The notes under the pieces are model-generated. The model saw only the letters and a list, made by a program, of their open reading frames with translations. It was not told the DNA's origin and did no database searches. A stretch of 64,000 nt of DNA from Yuukianura sp. NJ FZ-2021 (lineage: Eukaryota): positions 1,984,001 through 2,048,000 of the forward strand of contig CM102285.1 of the NCBI GenBank assembly GCA_046563655.1. Direction: 5' to 3'. This document shows, one piece after another, positions 61,983 through 64,000 of the stretch. Positions within the stretch are counted from its first letter, which is position 1, and the number at the start of each line of letters is the position of its first letter. The translations under genes and the position numbers were made by a program.

Positions 61983-63725
61983 TCACATTTCAATTATAGT
62001 TCGTATTGCTTCTCCTTTTTGTAGAAGGTCAAACGCTTCGTTGATTTTGTCCAAAGGCATTCGGTGAGTGATGAGTTTCTGCGCAGACTCGAGGCGTCCT
62101 TCGACTATTTCCTTGCAAATCAGTTTGATTCCTTCAATTGGTTTGTATTTTCCGTAATACCCGCCAGTGAAAGTTTGACCCAGCAGCAAATTTCCAGCCG
62201 ACACGGTCACCTCGGTACCTGACGGAAGTACTCCTACTATGACCAAGGTTCCCCAAGGAGCAAGTGACTTCTGCGCCTGTGCCATGCAAGCTGGCGCTCC
62301 TGAACACTCAAAAGCGAAGTCTATTCCGCCTTGAGCTTTGAGTGTAGCCAGAATCTCCTCTTCTGATTGGTCACTCGTGCTAAAAAAGTCCGTGGCGCCA
62401 AGGTCTTTAGCCAGTTTTGCCTTATGAACATATCGATCAATTGCGAAAATCTTGCCGGCTCCAGCCGCTTTGCAGCCGATGACCGTGCTCAGACCAACGG
62501 CTCCAAGGCCCCAAACTGCGCAGACGCTTCCAGGGGCCACCTTCGCAATGTTAGTTGCCGAGCCGTAGCCAGTTCCCAAGCAGCAACCAACCAACGCAGC
62601 GACGTCTAGTGGAATGGACTCATCAATTTTGCAAATTTTGGTTTCTTCCAGAATTACGTATTCAGCAAAAGTTCCGGCGCCAAGATATGTCATAGCTGGC
62701 GTACCGTCGACAACAAGTTTAATTCTTGACGTTCCGTCCTGGCGAAAAAGCTCTTTTGCAAAATTGGAATTTGCACAGAGGTTGGACATTGGTTTTTGGG
62801 TACAAACGACACATTGGTTGCATTGAACCATCCATTGTACAATGACATGATCTCCTGGCTTGACCTTTGACACGCCTTGTCCAACGGACTCCACGATTCC
62901 AGCACCTTCATGGCCGCAAATCAATGGACGGTTGACTTTGGATGCCCCTGTAACCAAAGATGTAAGAAAATTTGTTAAAACCTTAAAAATTTCAGAAGGA
63001 ACTGAAAAGTGAAGCGTAGGTTATCAGGCTTAGTGTTACGAGACGTTTTAACCAGTGTTGGTGGATATCCACTTTTTTAGCATTTCGTCCAGGATATATC
63101 CACTGGATAAATGGATAAATCCGGATGAAATCCAGTTTCCGATGGACGAAATTGAGTTTCGTCCGGAAGAAACCAAAAAAATCCGGATATATCCACCACT
63201 TTCGAGAGGAGTTGAAAAAATATTTTATTCATCCACCAACACTGGTTTTAACAGTGTACGCGGTAAGGTTAAAACATTTATCCACTTTTTAGGCATTTCA
63301 TGAACGGCTGGATATCCATTGGAAGATATGAACGAAATGGGTGAATCAAAAGGGGCGGAGCTTTGCTGGCGGGGTGGTATGAATGATTTGAAATAGAGTG
63401 GTTAAAACTCGATTACCGTAATCGCGAGATTTCTCTATTTAACGCGAGTTTGACTTATAAAGTTCTCTTAAAAGGTTTACAAAATGTGTCCGTGAAAATT
63501 AAGAATAAGAATAAAATATTTTTACTTATAAAAGTTTTCCCTTTCCTTACCATTTCCACCGATATCAATGCCTCTGATAACAAACGTGTCTGAATGACAC
63601 AAGCCAGTTGCTTTGACCTTAACCCGGACTTCTCCTGCTTTCGGAGCTTCAAAGTTGACGTCAACAATTTTCAGCGGTGTATTTGGCGCAAACAAAACTG
63701 CCGCCTTTCCCTGAATTGCCGCCAT
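61983..63725 (-). CDS. Zinc-dependent alcohol dehydrogenase (MDR family; exons 63551-63725, 61983-62947)
   Basis: [18 protein letters not shown], structural-Zn C..C..C........[10 protein letters not shown], Rossmann GLGAVG. The phase-1 intron joins in frame. Confidence 0.9.
63053..63244. mobile_element. hAT-type MITE in the ADH intron
   Basis: TIR CAGTGTTGGTGGAT / ATCCACCAACACTG; perfect 8-bp TSD GTTTTAAC. Confidence 0.9.
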
Positions 63726-64000
63726 ATTGCAACTCCTTGTAGCTTTTACGGTTTTGTTTGAGGCTTTTGAGAAGGAAATTAAAAAAAGGAATGTTTTTCA
63801 CTGTTAGTATTTTCTTATAACGCCTTGGTACATATATTACGCGGATGAAAATAATATTCTTTAATATTTCTAGTGAGACTTTTAGTATTCTTTATTATTC
63901 GAATTATTGAAGAGAGAAAGACGAGACTCGACTGGACAGTCCAAGAGTCAGAAAAGATGAGAGAAATCAAGGGACACTTTCCGAAAGATGCCACAAAAGT

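Overview
AT-rich eukaryotic genomic DNA with GT-AG introns. The gene families point to an arthropod, probably a springtail-like soil hexapod (inference). The left ~40 kb is a fast-evolving accessory region. It holds alternating divergent ionotropic-receptor (IR-like) and secreted beta/gamma-crystallin genes and three tandem ~1650-aa STAND/NACHT NTPases. A ~5-6 kb inverted duplication (7416-12654 / 33907-40232) brackets the NACHT array. Main observation: the NACHT proteins have almost no N-terminal effector region. Their order is NACHT - pentapeptide repeats - hypervariable beta-rich region - C-terminal domain with His...NC motifs of the permuted papain-like (PPPDE/DeSI-type) peptidase class. 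A spliced stand-alone homologue of that C-terminal domain, not assembled in the ORF track, sits in both arms of the inverted duplication; one copy is head-to-head with the third NACHT gene, and both are interrupted by transposons. The right ~24 kb has a pRiA4b ORF-3-family gene with an intron, UROS, a USP6NL/RN-tre TBC gene, pleiotrophin/miple, Kunitz, Kazal and defensin-like small secreted proteins, two intronless FluG-type glutamine-synthetase-like genes plus a fragment, a C2H2 zinc-finger gene and a Zn-alcohol dehydrogenase. Many non-autonomous DNA transposons with readable TIRs/TSDs are present. All family calls come from motif recognition by eye; no searches were run.
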